A stretch of DNA of 64,000 nt. Source: Mobula birostris. Its lineage: Eukaryota. Below, in pieces: positions 62,504 to 64,000 of this stretch; within the stretch, counting starts at the first letter, position 1, and every line of letters begins with the position of its first letter. A program made the translations under genes and the position numbers. The notes beneath the pieces were generated by a model. The model was not told the DNA's origin and made no database searches. It saw only the letters and a program-made list of their open reading frames with translations. The stretch lies in contig NC_092382.1 in the NCBI RefSeq assembly GCF_030028105.1, forward strand, positions 99,836,699 to 99,900,698, given 5' to 3'.

Positions 62504-63148
62504 CACAGAGGTTGAGAAGTCGAGCCGCCTCTGACAAAAACTGTTCTGCACAATCGCTGAAGGCTCAGAACCCGCTCTTCGCCACCAGTAGGGGTCGCTG
62601 CACATTGAGCTTCACTGTCCGAGTATCGTCCAGCATAACACTATAATTGCCTTTTGATTCTTCCCATCCGCACAACCCAGTACGTAATATCAGGAACTCA
62701 GATTCGGAGGAAAAGGCAAGGATGCCTGAAGTAATTCAGAAACACTCCACACAAAAGAAAAACAGTGACCGCCTCGAATTTCATACGAAGCTAAAGAAAT
62801 TTGGCAAGTCCCCTTTAAGCCACAGCAAAATTTACAACTGAAGTGCTTAAATTATTTGCAGGGATGGCGTTCAAAGCAATCTTCATTTTGTTATCTGGCG
62901 ATAATAACAGATGTATGATGTGTTTGTATAAATGACTTATTGGTAGATTAATAACCCTCCTGAACACCTTCAGCAAAACTGCCAGGAAGCGAATTTGTTC
63001 ACCCTCGCGCTCATGTGCAGCCCGTCTCTGTTGTACAGGGCGCACCTTCCCCAGAACAGATACCAGTGAGGTTTCAACCCATAAACGGAAACTAGAATTG
63101 CAGTTATATAATAGAATGGTAGAGAGATCGATTGATACATGGATGCAT

Positions 63149-63190
<42 letters not shown>

Positions 63191-63527
63191 GCAGGAAATA
63201 ATACACAGCTGGAAACTCATAATTATGTTTTTACTGGTGGTAGTTCCTGAATCTCTGATTACTTACCCAATTAAAAACAAGTGTCTTTCCTACTCATGTT
63301 TGCTCAGCAAATAATGAAGCTCTCGTTCAACGCCAACTGCACTTCCAACTTCGCTCTTCTTCTGGCCTTTGATTTGAAATGTTGCTCGGGGTATGACGCG
63401 CAGGAAGTGACGAAGCCACCGGACAGTAGCATAGCCGCAGTCCAAACAGACAACGCAAAGTGCTTCTCCTGAATGCTGGCATTCTGCTACACTTGATACC
63501 AAAGCGGCTGGTGTCTCTCTGGGGCGG

Positions 63528-63567
63528 ATGTTGGCATGTGGGACACGTTGAATGCTGTTGATTCCCA
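63528..63567 (+). pseudogene. TRBV: B3 pseudogene leader (V exon expected beyond the window end)
   Basis: Paralog of 47354-47393 with the same in-frame TGA. Confidence 0.75.
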
Positions 63568-64000
63568 GTAAGTCAAAACATCATAGAACCAGGGAGAGGG
63601 CTGGTGTTCTTGGCAGAGTTACGTATCGCGACGTTGGCTGTGGTTTATCTTGATCGAGGGTCGTAAATTCGAATCCTCCTTTATTACTCATGTCCCTCAA
63701 CTGCAAGATCAGACCATCAATGTGCACGGTCGTCCCAGGTCCCTTTATGTTTTGTCATTGAAATGATACGTCCTATCCGGCGGACGGGATTAAACTTGAA
63801 AGAGTGCTTTTGTACGTTTATCGGAGATACCGCAAAGGGGGTTGACGTCCGGATCCTAGCGGTGATCAAATTCGAGTAAGTTGTCAGATATCCCGGGGTA
63901 ATTTTTCATTCTGCTCTAAGTTTGCCTGACTTGGCCCACGGCGCGTTTCCTTGCTATGGTGTTTTTCACGTGATGTTCATGAGTCCAATGGATGATATCC

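Noticed and set aside
752-62542. Immunoglobulin VH/VL, IgNAR or NAR-TCR identity
   Set aside because: There is no octamer near leaders and no interspersed D-J-C clusters as in shark IgH. The short FR2-FR3, (S/T/E)RP D-strand motif, CAWS/CACS ends and CRE/ETS promoters fit TCR beta.
1-64000. D, J or C gene segments
   Set aside because: I noticed no 12-RSS-flanked short segment, FGxG J motif with a splice donor, or C1-set exon. This was a by-eye search, not exhaustive.
20245-64000. CRISPR-like or prokaryotic repeat arrays
   Set aside because: The repeats are kilobase-scale paralogous V-gene units in intron-containing vertebrate DNA.

Overview
This is vertebrate DNA, not prokaryotic. It is part of a T-cell receptor variable-gene array, best read as TCR beta (TRBV), from a cartilaginous fish; a batoid is inferred from the repeat types, with moderate confidence. 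I count about 27 V segments or remnants plus 2 unpartnered leader exons. Fourteen look intact: leader exon, phase-1 intron, V exon with C23/W41/C104, and a 23-bp-spacer RSS. They fall into two lineages. Family A ends in CAWS and closely resembles mammalian TRBV30; it has a sub-group called C here. Family B ends in CACS/CACN and so carries a germline Cys at IMGT 106. All segments are on the + strand except one inverted, TRBV30-like V at the left edge. From about 29.5 kb to the end, the window is three tandem copies of a multi-V cassette. I saw no D, J or C segments. The most striking unexplained structure is a same-orientation CTCF-like motif 40-43 bp downstream of the RSS nonamer in nearly every family B and C segment. 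This resembles the RSS-adjacent CTCF elements of mouse proximal VH genes. Interspersed repeats include L1, CR1, Rex/Babar- or L2-type and RTE-like fragments, Penelope-like elements with minimal hammerhead ribozymes, and microsatellites. There are six short N-gaps. V labels (V1 and so on) are my own.
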